Assembly (NCBI RefSeq): GCF_964213995.1
Contig: NW_027590186.1
Coordinates: forward strand, 682,001-746,000
Direction: 5' to 3'
Length of the DNA: 64,000 nt
From: Mustelus asterias
Lineage: Eukaryota
In this document: in pieces, positions 1 to 12,238 of the stretch
How positions within the stretch are numbered: position 1 is the first letter of the stretch
Layout: each line of letters starts with the position of its first letter
Made by a program: the position numbers and the translations under genes
The notes under the pieces: model-generated
What the model saw: only the letters and a program-made list of their open reading frames with translations
Database searches by the model: none
What the model was told of the DNA's origin: nothing

Positions 1-912
1 CTCTTCTAACCACTATGCAAGTCCCAATTGCCCGCGTTTGGCCCATATCCCAACAAAATATTTGCCTGAGCATGAAGACTTATCCCGCGGTTTCGATTTC
101 CCAAAGCACTTCTGGTGATTACAGCAGACTTTTAAAGAAAGACTTTCGGGCATGTGGGCGTCGCGGGCTCGGCCGCTATTTATTGCCCATCCCTAGTTGT
201 CCTTCAGGAACTTTCTGACGCTCTTCTCAATTAGATTTCTGCATTCAGTCGATTTTCTTACCAAATGTTCCAGTGTCTAGAGTACACCAAACCTGTTCTT
301 AGAGATTATTAATAGAGATATTAATCATTGTTCATTGGATTCTAAGCATGTATTGAAATAAACATTTGTACCTTTACTGTTAAGAATTCTTAGTTTTAAC
401 ATGTGTCAAGTGTTCATTGTGTTAATATGAGTCACATTCTTCCGAACTCTTTCCAATGAAGTTTCTCTTCGATTCCCAGTTGATATTTTTATTTCATTAC
501 TGTAACATTGAGAGATGTTTAATCAGGCTGATGTGATTATGAGGATTTGCCTCAGCAGGCGGGCATCAGTTTACACTATTGACTGACATATCAAACCGAA
601 CAGTATTGGTTTCTTTGCCCCGAGTGTTCTTTGAAACATCTGAACAAGGGTACAACTAGTTCAAGGCTACCTGCAGCATTTTGAATTCTCAATATTAGTG
701 CCGATTTCCCGGTGATTCCAAATAAACAACAGCTAATTCTTCCCTCGCACAGTGAATGTAATAATCAGACGGAATCTGTGAACGATTTTAGATGATGTTT
801 GTGTGAATTGTGGTCTGGTTTGCGTTCACGGAATGTATTGACGTGTTAGTGTATAACCCGCTGTTAGAAACAGCACTCGACAGACAGCAGCTGTGACTCA
901 GAAACCTGCGGC

Positions 913-951
913 AGTTTTTGTACGAGGATTTCACTCGTTCTCATCACTGTG
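913..951 (-). other. 23-bp-spacer RSS of the V gene
   Basis: CACAGTG (951-945), 23 nt, ACAAAAACT (921-913). Confidence 0.97.
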
Positions 952-1253
952 AGACTCTGTGCACAGTAATAGACCGCAGTGTCAAACAGCCGCAGCTCCG
1001 AAATAGTCACTCGGTACAAATTGTCTGACTGCTGGACCGAATCAGAAAACCGGGTCCGAGCGAAATCCGCCTTTAATTCAAAACCGCCGTTTTTGTCTCT
1101 CCGGACTGCAAACTCGGGCTGTTTTCCTGGGTATTGACGATACCAGAATAAATAATAAGCATAGTCGGTGAAGGTGCAGTTTAAAGTGACATCTTCTCCC
1201 TCTGTCCGTGTGTGAGGATTCCCGCTGAGTAACAGAATCTCCATCGCTCAGAT
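952..1253 (-). pseudogene. TCR alpha/delta-type V exon, frameshifted in FR1 (pseudogene or assembly indel)
   Basis: Acceptor tttcag precedes 1253. The leader-spliced frame reads (D)LSDGDSVTQRESSH, but TEGEDVTLNC...YYLFWYRQYPGKQPEF...RFS...DTAVYYCAQS is in another frame; the shift lies in a CA run at ~1208-1214. Both Cys and the Trp of the V domain are present. Confidence 0.9.
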
Positions 1254-1960
1254 CTGAAACACACGGTTAAAGAAAGGAAAAAAACATTGATTAAAAGTTC
1301 AATTGAACTAAGGGAGAACATTCACTGACAGTGTAACGTAAAAATATGTATTGAATGTACTGAATCATACCACATTCTCTCCAACTGATCTATGCTCCCG
1401 TTTACAATCCCCTGGAGATTCTTCCCTCTCGCCTCTTCTCAATGCATTTGTCCCTTTCTTCCTCAGCTGTTTAGCTGAGTTTACCTTTAAATTAGTCTTT
1501 GCTCCTCTCCTCAAGTGTTCACTGTGTTAATATGAGTCACATTCTACCCAACTCTTTCTAAAGCTGTTTCTCTCCGATTCCCAGTTGATCTCATTGTTTC
1601 ATTGGAATTGTGGGACATATGTTTGGAATCCTCCCACAAGTGGAATCATCCCCTCCCCGTCCACCACACCAATCCTCGTTATCATTATAAATAGATCAGT
1701 CAGATTTGCGTTAGTTTCTTTGGTCAGTCGAGAAAGTAATCATAATCTTGCATTCTGATAGCTCTCATCTCCCAATCCGAGTACCATTTCTCGAAATCGC
1801 CTTTTCAGTGTGCTTTTCGAATCTATTTTCAAAAGACTAAAACCACTCGCAAGAATTCATTTGTGTTCTACAGCATGTCCAATACCTGTATAACATGAAT
1901 GTCCTGCTTTTCAACTTTATTCCTCCAGAAAATAACTCATTTTTAAAGTGTTAAACTCAC

Positions 1961-2006
1961 CAACAATGAATGTCACCCAGATCAGAGTGAAAACGGGGAG
2001 CCGCAT
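1961..2006 (-). CDS. Leader exon of the V gene (MRLPVFTLIWVTFIV-)
   Basis: ATG at 2006-2004, 15 hydrophobic codons plus G, then donor gtgagt; phase-1 intron to 1253. Confidence 0.9.
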
Positions 2007-2044
2007 TGCTGCTGCTCCTGGATTCCAGGGACTTGTTTCTCCGA

Positions 2045-2105
2045 CAGCTGCAGAAGGTTGAACAAGATAAAGCTGAGAGCATTGGCTGTGGCTGATCTGA
2101 CGTCA
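2045..2105 (-). promoter_or_regulatory. V promoter elements: CRE TGACGTCA, GATA, E-box
   Basis: Perfect TGACGTCA at 2098-2105, ~90 bp upstream of the leader ATG; AGATAA 2065-2070; CAGCTG 2045-2050. CRE motifs are typical of TCR V promoters. Confidence 0.65.
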
Positions 2106-2581
2106 CACCCTACAGAACCTATGGTCGGAAGAGTGGAGATCACTAAATAGAGAATAAAGAGCTGATTGGATACCCCAATCTATAAATTGGTTTATTCCTG
2201 ACAGCGTCATTAGGCGATATCCAATAAGCTCCTGGGCTCTTTGCTCTGGATTCATCCAATTGGCTGAGAGCTCCTTTCTGCTCTAATTCATGACAGTAAG
2301 AACTCTCACAACACCAGGTTAAGGTCCAACAGGTTTATTTGGTAGCACAAGCTTTCGGAGCGCTGCTCCGAGAATCAGACAAACTGGGAGCATCAGCTCA
2401 GTACAATATATTTTCAGCATTCTTAATATCGCAATCCGTCAACAGTATAAAATTTTAGAAAATGCTCATTAGAATGCATGCCTCTATTTCAGGTTTTATT
2501 TCTCTCATTGTTTTTCTGAATGAAATAACTGAATATTGTTTCAAAAGATGTAAAGGAAGAATTGTCTTGGGTTTGGATAAA

Positions 2582-3005
2582 CTTGATTTGATTTGATTTA
2601 GCATTTTCACATACACTGGTCTACAGTGGAAAGTATTGTTTCTTGCATGCTATACAGACAAAGCTTACTATACATAGAGAACATAGGGGAGAAGGACAGG
2701 GGAGGGTGCAGGATGCAGTGTTACAATTAAAACCAGGGTGTAGAGAAATAACAGCTTAATGTATGGAAGATCCATTTAAAAGTCCGATGGTAGCAGGGAA
2801 GAAGCTGTCCTTGAGTCGGTTGGTACGTGACCTCAGACACCCGTTTCTTTTTCCCAACGGAATAAGGTGGAGAAGCGTATGTCCGGTGTGCGTGGGGTCC
2901 TTGATTATGCCGGGCGCTTTTCTGAGGCAGCGGGAAGTGTAGACAGAGTCAATAGATGGGAGGCTGGTTTGCGTGATGGACTGGGTTTCATTCTGAACTC
3001 TTTGT
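2582..3005 (-). mobile_element. Rex1/Babar-type non-LTR 3' fragment
   Basis: IIKDPTH..H.L...RTNRLKDSFFPATI.LLN C-terminal motif; (ATCAA)n tail. Confidence 0.7.
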
Positions 3006-3312
3006 AAAGAGCAGAGATGTGGACTTATTTGGATAGCCCATGCGAAGTCCTGGCACAGGCACAATGGGTCAACAGACTCCTCCTTGTCTGTACGGTGTAC
3101 AGATCTCTGTCTGCAACTGAAGTGACTGAATTAATAACTGCTGTCGGTGCAGACCTGGCTCAGTATCGCGGTGATGATATTAATTTGGATTAACCTTTCC
3201 CGCACAACAGTCAAGAGCTAAAGGTTAACAAAATACATAGAAATAAAGAGCAGTAAAATATTAACAGGCTCCAGCCGGCCCGAGTAACCATTTTCCTGAG
3301 GAATGGATAGCA

Positions 3313-5015
3313 CCATAGAGTCATAGAGTCATAGAGGTTTACAGCATGGAAACAGGCCCTTTGACCCAACTTATCCATGCTGTCCTTTTTTTCAAACCCT
3401 GAAGCTAGTCCCAATTGCCCGCATTTGGCTCATACCCCTCTATACCCATCAGACCCATGTAACTTTCTAAATGCTTTTCAAAACACAAAATTGTACCCGC
3501 GTCTACTAATACCTCTGGCAGCTTGTTCCAGACACTCACCACCCTCTGTGTGAAAAAATTGCCCCTCTGGACACTTTTGTACGTCTCCCTCTCACCTTAA
3601 ACCTATGCCTCTAGCTTTAGACTCCCCCACCATTGGGAAAAGATATTGACTATCTAGCTGATCTACCCCTCATTATTTTATAGACCTATGTAAGATCACC
3701 CCTCAGCCTTCGACGCTCCAGAGAAAAAAAGTCCCAGTCTATCCAGCCTCTCCTTACAACTCAAACCATCAAGTCCCGGTAGCATCCTAGTAAATATTGT
3801 CTCCACTCTTTCTAGTTTAATAATATCCTTTCTATAATAGGGTGACCAGAAATGTACACAATATTCCAAGCGTGGCCTTACCAATGTCTTCTACAACTTC
3901 AAAAAGACTTCCTAACTACTGTATTCAATGCTCTAACCAATGAAACCAAGCATGCCGAATGCCGTCTTCACCACTCTGTCCACCCGTGACTTTACTTTCA
4001 AGGAGCGATGAACATGTACCCCGAGATGTCTTTGTTCTGTAACTCTCCCCAACGCCCTACCATTAACTGAGTAAGTCCTGCCCTGGTTCAATCTACCAAA
4101 ATGCATCACCTCGCATTCATCTAAACTAAATTCCATCTGCCATTCGTCAGCCCACTGGTCAATTGATCAAGATCCCGTTGCAATCCGAGAAAACTTTCTT
4201 CACTGTGTACTATGCCACCAATCTTGGTGTCATCTGGAAACTTACTAACCATGCCTCCTATATTCTCATCCAAATCATTAATATAAATGACAAATAACAG
4301 CGGACCCAGTACTGATCCCTAAGGCAAACCTCTGGTCACAGGCCTCCAGTTTGAAAAACAACCCTCGACAACTACCCTCTGGCTTCTGTCATCAACCCAA
4401 TTTTGTATCCATTTAGCTACATCACCCTGGATCCCATGAGATTTAACCTTATGCAACAACCTGCCATGCGGTACCTTGTGAAAAGCCTTGCTAAAGTCCA
4501 TGTGGACAACATCAACTGCACTGCCTTCATCTACCTTCTTGGTTACCCCTTCAAAAAGCTCAATCAAATTTGCGAGACATGACTTTTCACTCACAAAGCC
4601 ATGCTGACTGTCCCAAATCAGTCCCTGCGTCTCTAAATTCCTGTAGATCTTGTCTCTCAAAATACCTTACAACAACTTACCCACCACAGGTATGAGGCTC
4701 ACTGGCCTGTAGTTCCCAGGCTTTTCCCTGCAGCCCTTTTAAAACAAAGGCACAACATTTGCCTCCCTCAAATCTTCAGGCACCTCACCTGTGACTGTCG
4801 ATGATTCAAATATTTCTGCTGGGGGACTCGCAATTTCCTCCCTAGCCTCCTACAATGTCCTGGGATACATTTCATCAGATCCCGGGGATTTATCCACCTT
4901 GATGCGCTTTAAGACTTCCAACACCTCCTTCTCAGTAATATGTACACTCCTCAAGACATCACTATTTATTTCCCCAAGGCCCCGAACATCTATGCTTTTC
5001 TCAACAATAAATACT
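3313..5015 (-). mobile_element. CR1 LINE, older copy (continues ~6430-6570)
   Basis: Fragmented RT ORFs (SQHGF, DFSKAF, RPRLEYC); (CATAGAGT)n tail. Confidence 0.93.
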
Positions 5016-5040
5016 TCGAACATCTATGCTTTTCTCAACA

Positions 5041-6426
5041 ATAAATAATTATAGACCGGTTAGTCTTACTTCGGTGGTTGGTAAATTGATGGAAAGGGTC
5101 CTTAGGGATGGGATTTACGACCATTTAGAAAGATGCGGATTAATCCGAGATAGTCAGCATGGATTTGTGAAGGGCAAGTCGTGCCTCACAAATTTGATAG
5201 AATTTTTTGAGGAGGTAACTAAGTGTGTTGATGAAGGTAGGGCAGTTGATGTCATATACATGGATTTTAGTAAGGCGTTTGATAAGGTCCCCCATGGTCG
5301 GCTTATGATGAAAGTGAGGAGGTGTGGGATAGAGGGAAAGTTGGCCGATTGGATAGGTAACTGGCTGTCTGACCGAAGACAGAGGGTGGTGGTCGATGGA
5401 AAATTTTCGGATTGGAGGCAGGTTGCTAGCGGTGTGCCGCAGGGATCAGTGCTTGGTCCTCTGCTCTTTGTGATTTTTATTAATGACTTAGAGGAGGGGG
5501 CTGAAGGGTGGATCAGTAAATTTGCTGATGACACCAAGATTGGTGGAGTAGTGGATGAGGTGGAGGGCTGTTTAGGCTGCAAAGAGACATAGATAGGATG
5601 CAAAGCTGGGCTGAAAAATGGCAAATGGAGTTTAACCCTGATAAATGTGAGGTGATTCATTTTGGTAGGACTAATTTAAATGTGGATTACAGGGTCAAAG
5701 GTAGGGTTCTGAAGACTGTGGAGGAACAGAGAGATCTTGGGGTCCATATCCACAGATCTCTAAAGGTTGCCAGTCAAGTGGATAGAGCTGTGAAGAAGGC
5801 CTATAGTGTGTTAGCTTTTATTAACAGGGGGTTGGAGTTTAAGAGCCGTGGGGTTATGCTGCAACTGTACAGGACCTTGGTGAGACCACATTTGGAATAT
5901 TGTGTGCAGTTCTGGTCACCTCACTATAAGAAGGATGTGGAAGCGCTGGAAAGAGTGCAGAGGAGATTTACCAGGATGCTGCCTGGTTTGGAGGGTAGGT
6001 CATATGAGGAAAGGTTGAGGGAGCTAGGGCTGTTCTCTCTGGAGCGGAGGAGGCTGAGGGGAGACTTAATAGAGGTGTATAAAATGATGAAGGGGATAGA
6101 TAGAGTGAACGTTCAAAGACTATTTCCTCGGGTGGATGGAGCTATTACAAGGGGGCATAACTATAGGGTTCGTGGTGGGAGATACAGGACGGATATCAGA
6201 GGTAGGTTCTTTACGCAGAGAGTGGTTGGGGTGTGGAATGGACTGCCTGCAGTGATAGTGGAGTCAGGCACTTTAGAAACATTTAAGCGGTTATTGGATA
6301 GGCACATGGAGCACACCAGGATGATAGGGAGTGGGATAGCTTGATCTTGGTTTCAGATAAAGCTCGGCACATCATCGTGGGCCGAAGGGCCTGTTCTGTG
6401 CTGTACTGTTCTATGTTCTATGTTCT
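5041..6426 (+). mobile_element. CR1 LINE, young 5'-truncated copy nested antisense
   Basis: RT ORFs 5026-5592 and 5598-6344 with FADD; (TTCTATG)n tail. Confidence 0.95.
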
Positions 6427-6649
6427 ACTTATAAGAAATATTCATTTAGGATCTGACCCAGCTGTTGTGGATCCGCACATCGATGACCTAGTTGATCCTT
6501 AACAGACCCTACTCTCTTCCTTGTTACTCTTTTGCCTTTTATGTATTTGTAGAAGCTCTTTGTATTCACCAGTAGTTCACAATGTAGTCAACTTACTGAA
6601 GGGAGCAGTGACAGCTGTGAGGATTGTGAACTCGCAAACTGGGACGTTG

Positions 6650-7800
6650 TGCTTTTTTCCAAAAGAAAACTTATTCATAAAGTATCTGAAAGAACATTAC
6701 AAAATACTTCAAAATGGCCATAACAGCAAGTGCAATAACATTCAAGGTTTCGACAATAAAGCTATTGCACTCTGTGTATAATTAAAGGAACATTACAGAA
6801 TTTTTCAGAACGGTTTTTACAGAAAGTGCAATAACGTTTAGGTTTCGGACACAGATAATTTTGCACTCTGACGCGCTTCAACGCATTCAATGAAACATTA
6901 CAGAACGTTGCAAAATGGTCATTTCAGAAAGTGCAGTGATACTGAAGTTTTCTGCAAAGATAATGTTGCACATTGAAGAGCTTCAGTGCAATCAATGGAA
7001 CATAATACATATTTCAAGATCGTCAATACAGGAGGGGCGATGTTATTTAGGTTGTCTACATTGAACAAGTTACACTCTCAGGTGCTTCAGTAGAATTGCG
7101 AGACATGTAATATTCACTGCATTCATTCAATATGAGTCCAACAGCACGGGGCGTTCATATAGAGTTCTGCTCCCCTCAGATCACAATGGCCGAAAGGTCG
7201 CAGTTTTCCCCATTGCGCCTTTGCAGCAACTGCCCCAAGGTTTAGTGCGTCCCTCAATCGGTAGCCCTGTGCCCTGGAATGTGTTGTCTGCAACACTCGA
7301 TCGAGGACAATTCTTTGCACATGAAGATCAACTGGTTTCGGGAAGGCAAATAGTGTATTTTACCGAGTTGAAAATTCTCCAACAGCAATTGGTGCTTGTC
7401 TCGGTTTGTCCCTGGGAACAGCCCGTAGACATGATGAGGAGATGCCGGCGTTGGACTGGGGTGAACACAGTAAGAAGTCTCACAACACCAGGTTAAAGTC
7501 CAACAGGTTTATTTGGCAGCAAATACCATAAGCTTTCGGAGCGCTGCTCCTTCGTCAGATGGAGTGGAAAGCACAGAGTCCTTCGTCACGGAGTTGCTTA
7601 GGATGAACCTCGACCAATAAAAAAAGCTTCTCATCACCTCGGGATATAAATGGATAGTTTATCTGCTACGTTCGGGTTTTGTGTCTGACTCACTGACACA
7701 GTAACACACCCCAGCGCCTGATACCGATGTGCTGTCTCCATTAGGACTGGACAAAGGTCTTATTGAGTGAATGAAGAGTTTGAAGAGTCTGTGGTGTTTC
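6650..7800 (-). mobile_element. Tx1/L1-type non-LTR 3' fragment with ~100-bp diverged tandem units in the 3' UTR (6690-7100)
   Basis: LRDALNLGAVAAKAQWGK ORF2 end; four repeats starting (g/a)aacat; interrupted by the Penelope remnant. Confidence 0.6.
7526..7562 (-). ncRNA. Minimal type I hammerhead ribozyme fold in a Penelope-like repeat (7430-7570)
   Basis: CCAU CUGACGA A GGAGC-AGC-GCUCC GAAA GCUU AUGG: stem I CCAU/AUGG, both catalytic boxes, stem II, palindromic AGCU stem III. Confidence 0.7.
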
Positions 7801-9055
7801 TGCTAACAGATGAAATGACAAATTTCAGGCCACGGTTCTGTTGCATGCTGAACGAGCGGATGCTCTCAGGGCATCAGGTGATTGTATTTCATTGGATTTC
7901 AATCGATTGACACTTTTGTGTTAATATGTGCTGTGATTGAGAGATCGCAGACACTCCACCGATAATTGTCCATGCAAAAGAAAGTTGTTTTTTATGGTCA
8001 ACACTCTCCTTCAAAAATTGCTCGCTTAAAATCAAAACGTGAAGCTGCAATTCCACTAATTGCCGTTTCCTGGTTTCTGCATTCTCTCGATCCAGAATAT
8101 TAAAGGAGAATGACGTCAATGGAGGTTTAATGGAATACGTAATCATATATATTACTTCCATGGTAAATATCTTTCATATCGTCACCGAGGACAAAGAAGA
8201 AATGCAACACTGATGTGTGGTTTTCGATAAGTTGCCTTGGGACAGAATTTTCATATATCCTTTTCAGTAAAAGGCAGAATTATCTCCTTTGCTCAGCCAA
8301 CTCGGAGTTTCAAAGTCGCAAATGTTTAGCTCAGTTTCTCTCTCCACAGAGTCTTTCCAGCAATTTTCTGTTTTTATTTCAGATCTCCCCTATCATATGT
8401 ACACCTAGACATCCATTATTTCATATTGGCACCGAGAACATTCCTGTCGGTTTAATGTTGCAATTCCTCCTGTGTTTCGTTATATCCAAGGAAATGACTA
8501 ATAACGGCATTTGGTGTGGAAACTAATATTTGATATTAATGCGGGAGTGTTTGACATGTCTGTCGATATGTTGGGCGTTGGATATACATGATTTGTACTA
8601 TGTGTATTGGCTGCAAGTTGTTGATTAATCTCACTCCTTACAACAGCAACATGCATCACATTCTGGAGTACTTCCATGGAGTGGAATGTAAAATGACCAC
8701 TGGGATTTTTTCAAAGTATCAAAATATTACGATGGACCTGAGCACCAGCTGATGGTCCATTATGCGGGATATCTGTTATTGAAACCTGTAAGGGAGAGAC
8801 AAGGGAGAAATGTAGGTGGAGATATGGGAAGAAAACAAGAGGGATTGAATAATTGGAATTGGAGGCGAGACCTGGAGTTAAGCAGAGCAAGAACCGGTGA
8901 TATAAATGAATGAATCAGGAATAGATTTAGAGGAAGATACAATCAGAGAAACAGCTGCAGCAAAACAGACAAATACGAACTAAAACATGGGGAATATTTG
9001 TTCCAAGTGTTATTTTCACTCCCAGATATTTGATGCATTCTGTGTTTTGTTGCAG

Positions 9056-9320
9056 AAATAGTGATGATTCTGAATGATCAATCTGAATTAAGGGTTCTCC
9101 AAGCACAGAGCATAATGCTGGATTGTAAATACTCTCCCTACTCTGTTCCTGTATCCCAGCGAAACTCCGAGGTATTTAATGAGGATTTATAGCGCGGAGG
9201 ATGTGGAAAAATATTGCCTACTTTGTACAAGGGAACACTGTTCCTCAAATGTCACCAGGACGCTTCTCTCCGATACCGCCTTGTGTTTCTGGTGCAGAGA
9301 TCGAGCGGATCATCGCACTG
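9056..9320 (+). pseudogene. Decayed TCR V segment, inverted relative to C-delta
   Basis: Acceptor tgtgttttgttgcag ends at 9055. Across frameshifts it reads ...QSELRVLQAQSIMLDCKYS / PTLFLY.PSETPRYLMRIY ... LSDTAL(C)F(C)A. Possible leader remnant (MLQFLLCFVISK) at 8455-8491. No intact RSS. Confidence 0.6.
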
Positions 9321-10348
9321 ATAGTTCCAGTTAGTGATCAGCAGAGGGCGCGCTCACCCGAGAAACAGGAATAATAAGTGAGAGTAACAGAAATGTATTA
9401 TAATTCCGAGCGAAGGCACTCACCAAAGTGAGTTAGTGGTGCGTCAGCTGACATTTTGTCTTTGGTGTTATTTCCTAGTCTGTATCAATTATTGGCCAGC
9501 CCTTTCCCATCTCCCCTTTCCGTTTCTCGGTCCATTTGATCACAGTCGGTACACAGCGTGCTTTGTGAATGCTTTTTTGCGAATATTACTGAATTTCCCC
9601 ACAATGCCACTGTCATTTCGGGCGTAATTTTCGAGCTTTGTTGTTTCCTGACACCTTTTACGGACCAGAATCTCTGCCTTACCATAACTAGATCAGGATT
9701 TTCTTCTGATGTGAATATCACCAAAGGACACCTTGCCCCGATAAGGACATTAATTATATCCCAGTTCAGTGTTCTTCCATTTACTCGCAGTCACCTCACC
9801 AGACTGGGAATTGTGGACAAAACATGTCGCACATTTTCTCTCTGTTCGCAAGCATGGTTTGAATCACAAATTTAAACTCACTACCGTCCTGTTTCCTTTT
9901 TTCGGGTTTGAACCTTGGAGATTTTGTCATTCAGCCACTGTCCTTTGATGTTATCAGTGATCGTTGGATATGTACGTCGAGATCTCTCTGCTTATCAATA
10001 CTCCTAAGGGTTCTACCTTTCCGATATAATCCCGACATGCTTTGGACCTTCCAAAATGCATTATCTCACACTTGTCCAGATTAAACTCCATCTGCCATTT
10101 TTCCGCCCCAGTCTCCAACCGGTTTATCTTTTGCTGTCGCTGTATCCTCTGACAATCCTCTTCACTCTCGGCAGCTCCACAAATTTTTGTGTCGTCTGTG
10201 AACTTACAATTATACCAGCTACATTTTCCTCCAAATCATTTACATATACTACGAACAGCAAAGGTTCCGGAACTGATCCCTGTGGATCATGGCTAGTCAC
10301 AGCCTTCCAGTCAGAAAATCACCCCTCTACCGCTACCCTCTGTCCTCT

Positions 10349-12238
10349 TTTTTTTAGGTCAAACCAAACCAAATAAACAAACTCAGATTAAATCAGGACA
10401 AAGTAAAAGGGGCAGCTCCCCAAAAAGGAGGGGGAACAGCCCGAACAGAAATCAAAGTACAAAGGAAACTTAAAAACATCAAATTAAAATGTGATTATTA
10501 GGGTCAATAATGCACCCCAACCCCTGCCGTGCCCAGCGGGCGCGGAAAGCGTCAACCTCGCCCGTGGACACCGCATGCTCCCTCTCCAGGGACACCTGGC
10601 CGCGAACGTAGCCGCGGTAGAGGGGAAGACAGTCAGGATGGACGGCCCCCTCGATCGCCCGCAGCCTGGACCGGTAAATGGTGCGTTTCGCCAGGCCCAG
10701 GAGCAGGTTCACGAGGAGGTCGCCATCCCGACCCTCCCCTCTCCGCACCGGGTGTCCGTAGATCAGGAGCGTGGGACTGAAGTGCAGACAAAACATCAAC
10801 AAAAGGTTCTTCAGGAAAACATAAAGGGAGTGCAGCCGAAGACACTCAACATAGACATGGTCCACGGACTCCACAAGGCTGCAGAAAGGGCAGTCTTCGG
10901 AGCCCGTGAACCAGTGAACCCTACGGTTGTGCGGAACTGCTGCATGCATCACCCTCCACCCCAGGTCCCCGACGTAATTGGGGGAGATCCCTCCGTAGAG
11001 GGACCTCCAGCGGGGACCTCCGCTGCCCGGCGGCAACAAGGCCCGCCAAGGTGTATCCGGGCGACAGGCGAGGAGGCGGTAGTGGAAGGTGTGCAGCAGC
11101 AGCCCGCACAGGAAACGCCTCCGCGCGGTAGAAAAAGGCACGGAGGGCATTTCCGCGAGGCGGCTCAGGCTGTGGGGCACCTCACCCAGGGAGGGGGGCT
11201 GAGGCTTTGGGCCAATGTGGAATTCCGCCCGACCTCTTTTTAGGTCAAACCAAACCAAGTAAACAAACTCAGATTAAATCAGGACAAAGTAAAAGGGGCA
11301 GCTCCCCAAAAAGAAGGGGGAACAGCCCGAACAGAAATCAAAATACAAAGGAAACTTAAAAACATCAAATTAAAATGTGATTATTAGGGTCAATAATGCA
11401 CCCCAACCCCTGCCGTGCCCAGCGGGTGCGGAAAGCGTCAACCTCGCCCGTGGACACCACATGCTCCCTCTCCAGGGACACCTGGCCGCGAACGTAGCCG
11501 CGGTAGAGGGGAAGACAGTCAGGATGGACGGCCCCCTCGATCGCCCGCTGCCTGGACTGGTAAATGGCGCGTTTCGCCAGGCCCAGGAGCAGGTTCACGA
11601 GGAGGTCGCCATCCCGACCCTCCCCTCTCCGCACCGGGTGTCCGTAGATCAGGAGCGTGGGACTGAAGTGCAAACAGAGCATCAATAAAAGGTTCTTCAG
11701 GAAAACATAAAGGGAGTGCAGCCTAAGACACTCAACATAGACATGGTCCACGGCCTCCACAAGGCCGCAGAAAGGGCAGTCTTCGGAGCCCGTGAACCAG
11801 TGAATCCTACGGTTGTGCGGAACTCCTGCATGCATCACCCTCCACCCCAGGTCCCCGACGTAATTGGGGGAGATCCCTCCGTAGAGGGACCTCCAGCGGG
11901 GACCTCCGCCACCCGGCGGCAACAAGGCCCGCCAAGGTGTATCCGGGCGACAGGCGAGGAGGCGGTAGTGGAGGGTGTGCAGCAGCAGCCCGCACAGGAA
12001 ACGCCTCCGCGCGGTAGAAAAAGACACGGAGGGCATTTCCGCGAGGCGGCTCAGGCTGTGGGGCACCTCACCCAGGGGAGGGGGCTGAGGCTTTGGGCCA
12101 ATGTGGAATTCCGCCCGAACAGGGGAACGCTCGGGCGGGATCCCACCGCACGCCTGCGCCGTCTCAAGTTTGCGTGCAGTTTCGGGGCCGAGCACGACCG
12201 TCCTAAGGTCTAGGATGGCTTTGGTCGCGGCATCTTCC
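10349..12238 (-). mobile_element. Two tandem near-identical Tx1/L1 3' fragments (10349-11230, 11234-12238)
   Basis: CPFC..VE..DHVY.EC zinc-knuckle C-terminus; matching 3' UTRs, each ending in an A-tail. Confidence 0.9.

Noticed and set aside
864-1244. ORF-track protein starting MEILLLSGNP as a single-exon gene
   Set aside because: The true N-terminus is the spliced leader in another frame, and the ORF tail runs through the RSS.
952-1253. NAR-TCR or IgH-like V
   Set aside because: GDSVTQ, LFWYRQYPG and the split leader are TCR alpha/delta-type; no IgNAR or VH motifs and no dedicated D-J were seen in the window.
6690-7100. CRISPR-like or functional repeat array
   Set aside because: Diverged tandem units without unique spacers, in a retroelement 3' UTR of a vertebrate genome.
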